Source: Oopsacas minuta
Lineage: Eukaryota > Animalia > Porifera
Reading direction: 5' to 3'
Length of the DNA: 64,000 nucleotides
Assembly (NCBI GenBank): GCA_024704765.1
Contig: JAKMXF010000122.1
Location: forward strand, 581,068 to 645,067
Shown here: positions 25,565 to 35,655 of the stretch, piece by piece
Layout: each line of letters begins with the position of its first letter
How positions within the stretch are numbered: position 1 is the first letter of the stretch
Position numbers and translations under genes: made by a program
Notes under the pieces: generated by a model
What the model was told of the DNA's origin: nothing
Seen by the model: only the letters and a program-made list of their open reading frames with translations
Databases searched by the model: none

Positions 25565-26290
25565 CACAGTAAAAAGGAAAAATTTAAAATATGCTAATTT
25601 CTTTGCTTAGTAAGCATTATTTGGAGAAAATGATCCAATGAGTCGTAGAACGTTAAATATCGCGGTTTTGATTTCAAGGTTAATGTACGAAATGATGGAA
25701 ATATGCTTTTCTAAAACAATAAAAATTTGCCATGATAGAGTTGGCAGGTTTTTGAGTTACAGTAGTGACCATGGATGCTAATAATTTGTCAATATCCATA
25801 CATAAGTCGAAAACCCTCAAAGATATAACAAAACTCACTATTGCTGATGTATAGTATAGACCCAATTACCCATTACCTTATACTACATGTTGATATGGTA
25901 TCTCTTACTATAATTTTGCAATCCTGAATATTACAATATATGGTTTTATTGATGACTATCCAATAATCCCTGTAGATATCATATACTATAAATCGGCAAT
26001 AGTAAGTTTTGTTATATCATTGAGGGTTTTCGACTTATATATGGATATTGACAAATTATTACCATCCATGGTCACTACTGTAACTAAAAGCCTGCCAACG
26101 TTATCATGACAAATTTGTATTTGTTATATAATAGAATATTAGAATCATTTTGTACATTAACTTTGAAATCAAAGATGCGATATTTAACGTTCTACAGCTC
26201 ATCAAAGATTGGGCCATTTTCTCCAAATAATGGGTACAAAGCAAAGAAATTAGCAAATTTTGGAAGATTTTTGCTTTTTTGTGTAATCAT
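25565..26290. mobile_element. Foldback element with ~300-bp imperfect arms and ~125-bp spacer
   Basis: 25565-25858 is the reverse complement of 25983-26290 (e.g. GTTACAGTAGTGACCATGGATG / CATCCATGGTCACTACTGTAAC). Confidence 0.8.
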
Positions 26291-26367
26291 GGCTTACTAC
26301 AGCCATAGACAATAATCGATTTGATCATGAAGAAATTCACAAATATTCATGAATTCCATCAACTACT

Positions 26368-26472
26368 ACTAGCGGGTTTCGCTTGCAAGGTCGCTGCGCG
26401 ACAGCTTAGTGTCTCAGGTAGATTAAGTATTAGACAACTTAATTTTTTAATACCTGTCGCTATGCGACCAGG
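26368..26472 (-). repeat. ~105-bp double-hairpin Helitron/Helentron-like mini element
   Basis: GTCGC-NNN-GCGAC hairpins near both ends and a CCCGCTAGT 3' end on the minus strand. Related copies at 35141, 39241, 44471 and 53010. Confidence 0.6.
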
Positions 26473-26731
26473 AACTACTTGGAACTACGTACCTCAAGAT
26501 TAACCTTTTGCGGAAAAATTAATTTCGTATTATCCATGTCGATCCAAATTCCATTTAATGCCTTGAGTGGTAACACCAGAGCTGGTACGTAGGTTTAGAT
26601 TAGCAATATTGGCACTCAATATCTAGAGTATTATTAAATCCTCCAAAATATCGATATTCAGGGAATTTTGTCTTTTGTACAAAGTAAGCATTTATTTGGC
26701 AAAAATATGTCATTCTTTGATGCCTTGTAGA

Positions 26732-27101
26732 GAGGGTCGCGGTGGGAATGGGAATGGGAATCGTAGTTATCCTATGGGAATGCTATGGGAATCCCTCGGA
26801 GAATTTCTATAGGATTCCCACAGGATTCCGATTTTAGAGGACTACTATACTAGGTATTTGAAATAGAAAATATATTTGTTGCACATAAATGTGTAAATAA
26901 TAATAATAGTTGCATCGTGAAGGCATTCAAAATCAAAAGTAGATATTATAAGCTATCCTATAGGATTTGGAATTCCCATCGGATTCCATATGGAATTTCA
27001 TGATTCCCATATGGGATTTCCCATGGGATTTTCATAGGATTCTCACAGAAATCCTGTGGGAATTGGAATGGGAATTGAAACTCCTTTCCCACGGCACCCT
27101 G
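26732..27101. mobile_element. hAT MITE (370 bp)
   Basis: Imperfect TIR (G/C)AGGGT..GTGGGA, perfect 8-bp TSD CTTGTAGA, internal GGGAAT/ATTCCC repeats. Confidence 0.9.
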
Positions 27102-27216
27102 CTTGTAGAACGTTAAATATTGCATATTTCGAAATGAATAGATGAAATTACCTATAGATACTTTTATACAAAAATTTCAATAAATTGTAATACAAAGTAG
27201 GGACGTTCTTGAGTTA

Positions 27217-27570
27217 CAGTAGAAACCAGGGATGACATACTTTGTGTATACAAAATTATAACTCAATAATCATTAAAAGTATTGTCAAATCAGGATAGCC
27301 TCTTTGTAATAAATGCCCAACTTCACATACCCTGATAATACACTTTGATATGATATCTCTTACCAGTATGACGTAATCGTGAAATTATCAATTTAAGGTC
27401 ATTTTTACATTACCTAATAAACTTCAGAGTTATCATATCAAAATGTATTATGACGGTATGGAAGTTGAGTATTTACTACAAACTGGCTATCCTGATTAGA
27501 CAATAATTTTCTCGATTATCGAGTAATAATTGGATAATCAGAAAAATTATGCCATCCATAGTCTCTACTG
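27217..27570. mobile_element. Small foldback MITE
   Basis: Arms CAGTAGA..GGATG(A/G)CATA and TGTC.AATCAGGATAGCC..TTTGATATGATA are inverted around a ~80-bp spacer. Confidence 0.65.
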
Positions 27571-28768
27571 TTACTCAACAAAGAGCCAATTTTGTATTAC
27601 AAATTTGGATATTTTGTACAAAAGTATTCATAGATCATTTAATGTATTCACTTAAGAGATGAAAGATGAATATATAACGTTCTATATCTATAAGGCGTAA
27701 AGTAAAGACATATTTACCAAATAAATGCTGAAACTACCCTCTGATCCATCTCTATCACTTCAATCAATCAATCAATCAATCATTGGATTAATACCTGAGA
27801 TCTGACGCCAAATGGAAATTGACTCCAACTCGACCATGGATAGAGCTAAAGTCAGTACATCAAAATAGTTCAAAAATTACTTACAAAATGGAATGTATAA
27901 AACAATTAGAAGAAAAGGAAAGTTAATTTCGGATTGTCTATGTCTCATGATTGAATAAACGTTCTCCAAAAGCCCAAATGATTCACAAGTTTCCTTCCTT
28001 ATATTGTGCGTCTGTGGTTCCATACTAGAAGTCCAGTTATGCTGAATGCTCTCGTTATATAATCACTACTGAAGCGTGGAACTTCCAGATATCAGATCCG
28101 TAATATACAGCTAACATAGGGCTTCGCCCTGCTTATGGTTTGTCTTACATATTTCTGTACTTTTGTACGTGAGACTTTTATCGAGCTTGACTCCTAGTAA
28201 TTTAACATTAGGCTGATGTTATATAGTTGTATTTCATACTTTGATTAAAGGTCTTAACTCTTGAACTTTTCGAAACGTAGGCGTGCCACAATGAGACTAT
28301 CCTCTGTGTTTTGTCATCATTTACTTCAGGCCAAGTGGATGATAAAATTTTTGTGACTTGCTGATATGCAATTCTGCATTTGATAAGATATCTTGTACAC
28401 ATTCAGAGAGACTATCAGACTAATATCATCGGTAAGAGAACTTTAGCAATCCTCCATTATTGATAGTAATTTAGTCTGCAGCTAAAAAACATTATCGATC
28501 GCCAGGCACATCTTTCACGGGTCTCTCAGAAAATCATATTGATCGAAAAAACGAGGTCCTTGAGATTTTTCATGATTCTTGTGTAGAATTTTGCGTAGAA
28601 TCCGATTCTGTTGCCAAAAAAATATTTCTCACACAAATTTTTGAGTTATTTTATATTTTTTTAGTTCCCATTTTTATATGTTGTCGGGTTGCTAATTTAT
28701 CATATTAGAATCATCGTTATCACTCATACATTGAATATAATACATCCATCAGTCACATATAGAATAAA

Positions 28769-29926
28769 TTAAGTACTTATAAAATTAACGAAATTAATTT
28801 CCTTGACAGCATTTAGTAGGTTTTCGCCGTAATTTTCTAGAGACTCGCTACATTGATAATTTCTCCAAACTTTGATGAATCGAGAATGAGCTGATTCAGC
28901 TGCCTGCTCTGAAACGGCGCCCAATCCCATACCAACTGGAAGGAATTTGGTGATAAATGGGATAACATGTCTGCACACTATATGGACTTTTGTTGAACAA
29001 TTCAGCCCAGTTAATTTGAATGCTTCTTCAAATTGAAATATCGCCAGTTTGTAATCACCTTGTATCTTTTGCCCAAAACATGTCCTCACTACCTCTGAAA
29101 ATCGCTTTAAAGCAATGCTGGATGAGTTGCTAATTGGAAAACCAATCTGCTCAACCATCAATGTAATTTTCCGCATTGCATTACCTTCAAATGCGCCTCC
29201 ATGGTAAGAACTTCGAGATATGTTATTGTGCTTCAGTAATAATTCATGTGTAACTAACTCTTCTTCAGACATTGTAGCCACGATCGCATTGTACAACTTC
29301 TGACCAACCCCTAACAAAAGATGTAACTCGGGAATATTGAACATCTGCATGTAGTCAACCATCCATACACCAAGAGCCTCCATATCTTCTACACCATCAC
29401 AGTCAATCGCATGATTCTTTGAGTCGGAGTTATATTCTTCACACAATTTTTGGTACATCTCTGCATGATGTGCTGATGATCTTGATTTGAATTCGACATG
29501 ATCCAATCCACTTTTAGCATCCCATACACACCAAATGCATGGGTAACGTCCAAGCATAATACCCAGACAGAGAGCAGCGGCTTTGAGATCAAAGGTAAAA
29601 GATACGTTGTACTCATGAATAAACTTTTGAATTTCCGGGGCATTCAGTATTATAGAAAAATTGTAATTATTTTCAGGAGCACTTGATACCCATAAGAAGA
29701 TTAGATTTCGCACAGAATTTTCCAGTTGTAGACACATGACAAGCTTAGTGAACCCACAACCATAATCAAGGCCAAGCTTAAAATTGAAACTGTAAACTGA
29801 AGATTCTCCGCTAATGTTGTAGACTTTTTCTATCAGTTTGTCGATGTTGCAACAGCGTACGACCCAAGTCTTTCTGATATCAGAGGAATACTTCTCTTGC
29901 TCCATTCCAGATCTAATTGGACGCAT
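28769..29926 (-). CDS. Chapaev transposase catalytic core, N-terminally truncated (385 aa)
   Basis: LGLDYGCGFTKL, FDLKAAALCLG..PCIWC, PELHLLLG, YHGGAFEGN, TKVHIVCRH, SEQAAESAH. Upstream coding continues in another frame to 30013, then is replaced by the inverted copy. Confidence 0.8.
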   Translation of the reverse strand: MRPIRSGMEQEKYSSDIRKTWVVRCCNIDKLIEKVYNISGESSVYSFNFKLGLDYGCGFTKLVMCLQLENSVRNLIFLWVSSAPENNYNFSIILNAPEIQKFIHEYNVSFTFDLKAAALCLGIMLGRYPCIWCVWDAKSGLDHVEFKSRSSAHHAEMYQKLCEEYNSDSKNHAIDCDGVEDMEALGVWMVDYMQMFNIPELHLLLGVGQKLYNAIVATMSEEELVTHELLLKHNNISRSSYHGGAFEGNAMRKITLMVEQIGFPISNSSSIALKRFSEVVRTCFGQKIQGDYKLAIFQFEEAFKLTGLNCSTKVHIVCRHVIPFITKFLPVGMGLGAVSEQAAESAHSRFIKVWRNYQCSESLENYGENLLNAVKEINFVNFIST

Positions 29927-30572
29927 TCGAATATATCATCACAATATTGTTTCCGTTCGTCGTAATAGTCCTTCATTGATGGACAGGCCACGCCAGCATC
30001 CCTTATTACTTTGGTTACATCTTTTGTTAGGGGTTGGTCAGAAGTTGTACAATGCGATCGTGGCTACAATGTCTGAAGAAGAGTTAGTTACACATGAATT
30101 ATTACTGAAGCACAATAACATATCTCGAAGTTCTTACCATGGAGGCGCATTTGAAGGTAATGCAATGCGGAAAATTACATTGATGGTTGAGCAGATTGGT
30201 TTTCCAATTAGCAACTCATCCAGCATTGCTTTAAAGCGATTTTCAGAGGTAGTGAGGACATGTTTTGGGCAAAAGATACAAGGTGATTACAAACTGGCGA
30301 TATTTCAATTTGAAGAAGCATTCAAATTAACTGGGCTGAATTGTTCAACAAAAGTCCATATAGTGTGCAGACATGTTATCCCATTTATCACCAAATTCCT
30401 TCCAGTTGGTATGGGATTGGGCGCCGTTTCAGAGCAGGCAGCTGAATCAGCTCATTCTCGATTCATCAAAGTTTGGAGAAATTATCAATGTAGCGAGTCT
30501 CTAGAAAATTACGGCGAAAACCTACTAAATGCTGTCAAGGAAATTAATTTCGTTAATTTTATAAGTACTTAA
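29838..30572 (+). CDS. Chimeric ORF: antisense-derived N-terminus fused to the duplicated Chapaev C-terminal half (244 aa)
   Basis: From LHLLLGVGQ onward the translation is identical to the 385-aa ORF. Expression is unknown. Confidence 0.4.
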   Translation: MSMLQQRTTQVFLISEEYFSCSIPDLIGRIRIYHHNIVSVRRNSPSLMDRPRQHPLLLWLHLLLGVGQKLYNAIVATMSEEELVTHELLLKHNNISRSSYHGGAFEGNAMRKITLMVEQIGFPISNSSSIALKRFSEVVRTCFGQKIQGDYKLAIFQFEEAFKLTGLNCSTKVHIVCRHVIPFITKFLPVGMGLGAVSEQAAESAHSRFIKVWRNYQCSESLENYGENLLNAVKEINFVNFIST

Positions 30573-31073
30573 TTTATTCTATATGTGACTGATGGATGTA
30601 TTATATTCAATGTATGAGTGATAACGATGATTCTAATATGATAAATTAGCAACCCGACAACATATAAAAATGGGAACTAAAAAAATATAAAATAACTCAA
30701 AAATTTGTGTGAGAAATATTTTTTTGGCAACAGAATCGGATTCTACGCAAAATTCTACACAAGAATCATGAAAAATCTCAAGGACCTCGTTTTTTCGATC
30801 AATATGATTTTCTGAGAGACCCGTGCTTTGAGGTACACCATGTGTCGGAGTAAATCCTTTAGTAGTACTTTCTCCTATTTTGACAACGCATTTCCGACTA
30901 GTGACATAGCTAGAACATAAAGTGCCAACAAGCCTGCAGATGGTTTAAGTCCCCCTTTTCTATCCAGCATAATGCTGAATTTATGGCTTTTATGATTGCC
31001 AGACATGTATCTCGGTGTTTTCTAAAGTCAAATTGGCAGTCATCTACCAGCCCTATGTCTCTAGATATTCCCT

Positions 31074-34000
31074 CACAGTGGCACGAAATGGTCAGAATGT
31101 GGAAATAGGCATTTTGATGGCACATAGGTCCTCAAAATGTATTATTGCCATATAGGTTTTCGAGCCCAACGAATCGAATGGGATACTCATTTTTTCTCTA
31201 TCCCTTCAGGTGACAAAGTTATGACGTCATTGTCACCTATCTGAGGTGTGAAAATTCCCAAAATTTTCTATTAATCGATTGAGAGGTTTACTTTTAATCA
31301 TCATTATGATCTTCATGATCACGAATAAGGGTGTTCACTAAAATATCTTGGCTACTTCTAAGTCCTTGGCTAGATGGAGGCCTTGGAATAGAAAACTTGC
31401 GATTCATTAACAGCATGGGATCACTGTGAGAAATCAATCGAACAAATACATCCTTTAAATTTTCTTCAAATGAAAACTTGCGAGCAAGACGATCTCTGTA
31501 TCTCCGAATATATTTGTTAGAAGCCTCTAGTCCTTCTTCAGATAAGTTCTCTAGCCCATGTCCATCATTAAACGTTGAGATGATTTCCGGTGCATGTGCT
31601 AACAGTTTGTGTAACGTCGGGGAAACATTAGCCCAAGGAAATGCACAGAGAATTGACTGGTAGATATTACTGCAAACAAGCGCTAGTTCTTCTGTATCCA
31701 CTCTTCTGCTGCTATTATAGACGCGTAGGATTGCTCCTAGGCATGTGTGAATTTCAATTATGTGGGACTTGAACTCAGACGGGATCACTGTCAAAACCCA
31801 GTAGAGGAAATCTTGATCGTTGTCATCCTTTCTTATCAAGCATCGTCTTACCACATTACCAGTAGTCGTTGTGCCACCTTGTGTTGAAGGGATGTCAATA
31901 ATAATATTGAGATTGTCTTTAATTAAACTTGTAACGAAAGTTTTAGCATCTGAGACTCTCTTAGAAGTTGGTGACCACTTAAATACTCCTGCGTGCAAAT
32001 GGCTAATTAGATGTAAAAACCAGCCAAAACATCGGAGATATGCATGCAAAGGCGAACTGGGTATGATTTCTAAGTCAGATATTGGTCTGTGTGTAACGTT
32101 GAATCTGTTGTCAGAAGATAATGATAGAAACTCCTCTTCGTTAACTTCATCAAATAATACTTTCAGGTCTGTGATGGATCGATTAATTGGAAAACCGTCT
32201 TTTACGATATCCGGATCATGGATTTGTTTGAATGTCGCTGTACAGAACTGGCAACATGCACCCCCAGCTCCACTAATAATCTTAGCCATTTTGCCATCCA
32301 ATTGTGAACGTTGAATTTCAACTTCACAAAATCCGCTTGTTAGTTCTAAACCCTTTTCCGTTATCTCTGTGGACTCCTTATTGATTAGTGTATCCATAAG
32401 ATATCGAATATTGTCTTCGTTCTCCTGTAGAGCTAGTATCGCAACGGGTCTAATTGAGAAAGGAGAATTTGGTAGAGGGTTTTTCCAAATCAGTTTGTTA
32501 TCGGTGTCGGATATGGAAATCACCTTAAACCCGAATAAAATAAAACTTTTTGTTGAAATATTGGGGTGAGTCGCTTGCTGATAAACCCGGTGAGAGCCAG
32601 AACCGTCAAGTCCATCTGAAATTCGTATCCTTTGAGGATTGCTGGCGCTGGGAATTTCATTGGCAGAAGCAGTCAATATTCTGTTTACTGTATGAGTCAG
32701 AAGCTTTTTGTAAGATACAGCAATGCCTACCCGATGTTCTCGATCAACTGAAAAGATGTCATTAGTCAAGCAAATTTGAGATCGATAGGTAGCTAATCGA
32801 TTGTAACCTGGAAGCTGGACATCTGAAAGCAATAATCGTCTTAAATCGATGTATTTCTTCTTTCCAATTTCTAAAGAATCCATCAAGAACGCAGCTTTAT
32901 CGCAGGTTAGTTTATTGCAGACTGGACCGAAGCTTCCCTTAGCAATAATTTCTTTACGGAACTTGGTAGTAGTAAAGTCGTATTCAGTCTGTGAACATAG
33001 CATCATCAGGTAACAGGATAGTTCTTTACTGGAAACATTCTCTTGTACAGCAACCTTTTCAAGATGTGTTAGTAAGGAGGACAATCGGCTGCGAAGACCT
33101 TTAGTTGATAATTCCCTCAGAGGCTTACGGGTGGGCTTACTAAAATCTTCTTCGAAAACAGAGGTTGATTGGCTAGAAGAAACACTCCCTATCACCATGA
33201 CTTCATCTGAGCATTGATAACCTGTACTCAATCTCGGGTGTTTAAGTGGTGTATGATATGGTATCGCATTCCAAGTAGTTATATCGGCTCGTTTCAGGTA
33301 TTCTCTCCTATCTTCTCTGAGGGTCGAAAATTTTCTCCGTACTGTATCATGCTCTGTTTCTTCCAAATTATTGAGGACAATAAACGAGGACGCGAGAGAA
33401 GTGATTGTTTTATTCTTTTGTGCAGTTAAGAACGTGTATGCATCTTCGTTATTCATAATGAAAAATGTGCTAATAAACAACCACAACAATTATTTATGAT
33501 TTATATGGGCCAAAAATTAGATAATTGTGAATGGATTATATTTAAAATCGCAAAAAAAAATATCGTTGACACTTCCTGATACCATAATTTAAAGTGTATT
33601 TTGTAGAGGACGAAAAGAGCTATTAGGAAAGTGCAATGGAAAGTTCCGCAAGTGAAGGCAAAAAAAGTACTAGAGTTTTAATGAAACGTGTTTCTATTTA
33701 TTGCACTTGTACGAACAAGCTTGTTTAAAATGAGAATAGTAAATTCCATCTGTTCATTGGAGCCAAGATTAACGTGATTTATTATTCAGCAACATAAGAG
33801 CTTTCGATTGGTATACTATAAATAGCAGTTATTTGACGTGGAGAATCCATATTATTCAAAATTACATCATGACCGAAAATTGAAACCATAAATCAATCTT
33901 TCGAATTTCAATTATGCTCTCATTGGAATAGACGTAGGAGCTAAATGGAAAGTCTATTGTAGAGATGTCAAATGTTTTCCGAGGTTTGTGGGGGTGCTGA

Positions 34001-34074
34001 ATTCAAATATCAACACTATAAAGCAATTTGAGGTTATATTTTTTTCACCTATTTCCACATGCCGTGCCACTGTG
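31074..34074 (-). mobile_element. Full-length Transib / RAG1-core-like transposon (3001 bp)
   Basis: Both ends begin CACAGTGGCACG and carry an inner ATGTGGAAATAGG block. Perfect 5-bp TSD TCCCT (31069-31073, 34075-34079). The empty site restores a LINE RT motif. Confidence 0.95.
31294..33489 (-). CDS. Transib transposase / RAG1-core-like protein, 731 aa, intact
   Basis: Catalytic DDE motifs GLDGSGSH, QLDGKM and SEEGLEASNKYIRR. Zn ligands CQFC and LHKLLAH. SPLHAYLR and TGNVVRR also present. Confidence 0.92.
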   Translation of the reverse strand: MLWLFISTFFIMNNEDAYTFLTAQKNKTITSLASSFIVLNNLEETEHDTVRRKFSTLREDRREYLKRADITTWNAIPYHTPLKHPRLSTGYQCSDEVMVIGSVSSSQSTSVFEEDFSKPTRKPLRELSTKGLRSRLSSLLTHLEKVAVQENVSSKELSCYLMMLCSQTEYDFTTTKFRKEIIAKGSFGPVCNKLTCDKAAFLMDSLEIGKKKYIDLRRLLLSDVQLPGYNRLATYRSQICLTNDIFSVDREHRVGIAVSYKKLLTHTVNRILTASANEIPSASNPQRIRISDGLDGSGSHRVYQQATHPNISTKSFILFGFKVISISDTDNKLIWKNPLPNSPFSIRPVAILALQENEDNIRYLMDTLINKESTEITEKGLELTSGFCEVEIQRSQLDGKMAKIISGAGGACCQFCTATFKQIHDPDIVKDGFPINRSITDLKVLFDEVNEEEFLSLSSDNRFNVTHRPISDLEIIPSSPLHAYLRCFGWFLHLISHLHAGVFKWSPTSKRVSDAKTFVTSLIKDNLNIIIDIPSTQGGTTTTGNVVRRCLIRKDDNDQDFLYWVLTVIPSEFKSHIIEIHTCLGAILRVYNSSRRVDTEELALVCSNIYQSILCAFPWANVSPTLHKLLAHAPEIISTFNDGHGLENLSEEGLEASNKYIRRYRDRLARKFSFEENLKDVFVRLISHSDPMLLMNRKFSIPRPPSSQGLRSSQDILVNTLIRDHEDHNDD

Positions 34075-35140
34075 TCCCTTACTTGTTGAACTGGCTCTAG
34101 AGCCCTCGGTGGGATGTGATCAATATCTGCGCTCATTTTAGGATATATGTTCTTCAATTGTACTAATACATCGGTTTCAGTGGTTAAGTTGAACGAGAAA
34201 TCTTTTGAGTAATAAGAGAGGAGGGTAGTCTGGTTGGGATATATGAGAGGTAGGGATGAACTCCGAAAATTCAGTTGAAGTAATTTGAGGTTCAAGTTTT
34301 GTAATATACACCAGAGAAATTTCGAATCTCCCTTTGAGTTAGATAACTGTTCTCTCCGACTGGCGGAACACTTTACTGCACATATGCATCGCCTCCTTAG
34401 CAGCCTTTTGCGGATCACTAACTTAGTGTGACTAAGTTATTTGAGCTGCAAAAGGCTAATTTATGCCTTGGAGAATTACGTGATCATAATTTAATCTTGA
34501 TGCATGTCCATATAAAGCTGTGATTTTATTTAATTGTAACCCGATACGTTATTGGAAAAGCACGATAGTTTACAGGAAATTCTAAGAATGTAATAATATC
34601 TTTGAGAGCATTACAGGGTGGTACAATTAAATTAAAAATCCATCATAACATCCTAGGAGTGAGACCGGTGTTTCTGAAATTACATTTCACACACCATCCT
34701 AGAAGTACAGATATCTCTAGAAGAAGGCATGAATAGATCCTCGTGTAATACATCAGGCTTGGAACGGGTCATGATTTCCTGACCCAGTGACCCGGTAGAG
34801 CAGGTTGAAACCTCTGACGCAGTGACCCAGTTTTTCAAAACATTATTTTTCTATATTCATGCGATTTGATAATGATTAGATTTTACTAAGTTTGAATATC
34901 CAGGGATTTGGCAATGAAAATCCAGGGAGATTTGTAGAAGGGGTTGATAAGTCTGAAAAAGGCACATTTGATTATCTATAAGGATATAAACCGGGTCAAA
35001 TCAAAATAGTGACCCGGTCCAAACTTTTAATACATACTTGGATATAGGGTAAACCAAAATTCTCAACGGCAGGGCAGATTCTTCGAAAAAACTTGGGAGG
35101 GGGGCAAAATCGAATTTAACAGAGCCAAAATTATAGATCC

Positions 35141-35245
35141 GCTATCGGGTTTCGCTTACTAGGTCGCTGCGGGATAGCTTAGTGCCTCAGGTTAACTTAA
35201 GTATTAAAGGCTAAATTTCTTGATGGTTTGGGTCGCTACGCGACC
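35141..35245 (-). repeat. Double-hairpin mini element copy
   Basis: Aligns with 26368-26472. GGTCGC-TAC-GCGACC hairpin. Confidence 0.65.
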
Positions 35246-35655
35246 GGGGGCCTTATTCACTAGACTACATAAACTTAAGTATTGCTAAAACTAAGTATTT
35301 TTTAAGTCTAGTCATGAGCTAACTTAACATTAAAATAAATGCATGTTCAGAATAATGGTTTCTTTCCTACCTCTGCTACTGCTGAAGATCATTGTCAAGC
35401 CACAATTATTTGGCAATTCGTTAGATTCAATACGGAATAAGAAACGTATATTGAATATATAAAATGTCTTATTGTAATTACAGTGCAAACCAAAATTTAT
35501 GGTGTAGCTGTAAAAATTACTCGAAATATCCTGTAACGGGTGATAAATTCTGCATCATTATATGAATCCAGTGGGTTCCGCCTATCTCTGAAAACTATTT
35601 GATTCATTAAACTAATCATTGTATATTCTTGTTCATGCAAAATAAAGAGATAGAG

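Larger units (their letters stand above)
28516..30825. mobile_element. Chapaev derivative made of two inverted 3' ends (812-bp inverted repeats), 2310 bp
   Basis: CACGGG..CCCGTG termini and 4-bp TSD CTTT. 28516-29327 is the reverse complement of 30014-30825. Unique centre 29328-30013. Confidence 0.9.
27758..34420 (-). mobile_element. Degenerate non-LTR retrotransposon (CR1/L2-like RT relic), split by the Chapaev and Transib insertions
   Basis: Order on the minus strand: PKMSADIDHIPP, QQVR|EYLET-GLVDDCQFDFRK (across the Transib site), GVPQ|R..IMFL (across the Chapaev site), TDDISL, NDDKTQ, KLLGVKLD, then a (GATT)n tail at 27760-27783. Confidence 0.7.

Noticed and set aside
26740-27090. GGGAAT/ATTCCC repeat cluster as a CRISPR-like or satellite array
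   Set aside because: It is irregular, has no unique spacers, and is bounded by hAT TIRs with an 8-bp TSD, so these are subterminal repeats.
31820-32314. Plus-strand ORFs inside the Transib gene (also 31478, 32369, 32550, 33214)
   Set aside because: Antisense shadows of a long coding sequence with no recognisable motifs.
34030-34074. RSS nonamer at 12 or 23 bp from the heptamers
   Set aside because: Neither end has ACAAAAACC at those distances. The GAAAAAAA run 21 bp inside the right heptamer is not mirrored on the left.
33954-34418. 154-aa ORF next to the Transib gene as a possible RAG2-like partner
   Set aside because: It mostly lies outside the TIR/TSD boundary, has no kelch or PHD pattern, and reads as the pre-RT region of the host LINE relic (PKMSADIDHIPP).
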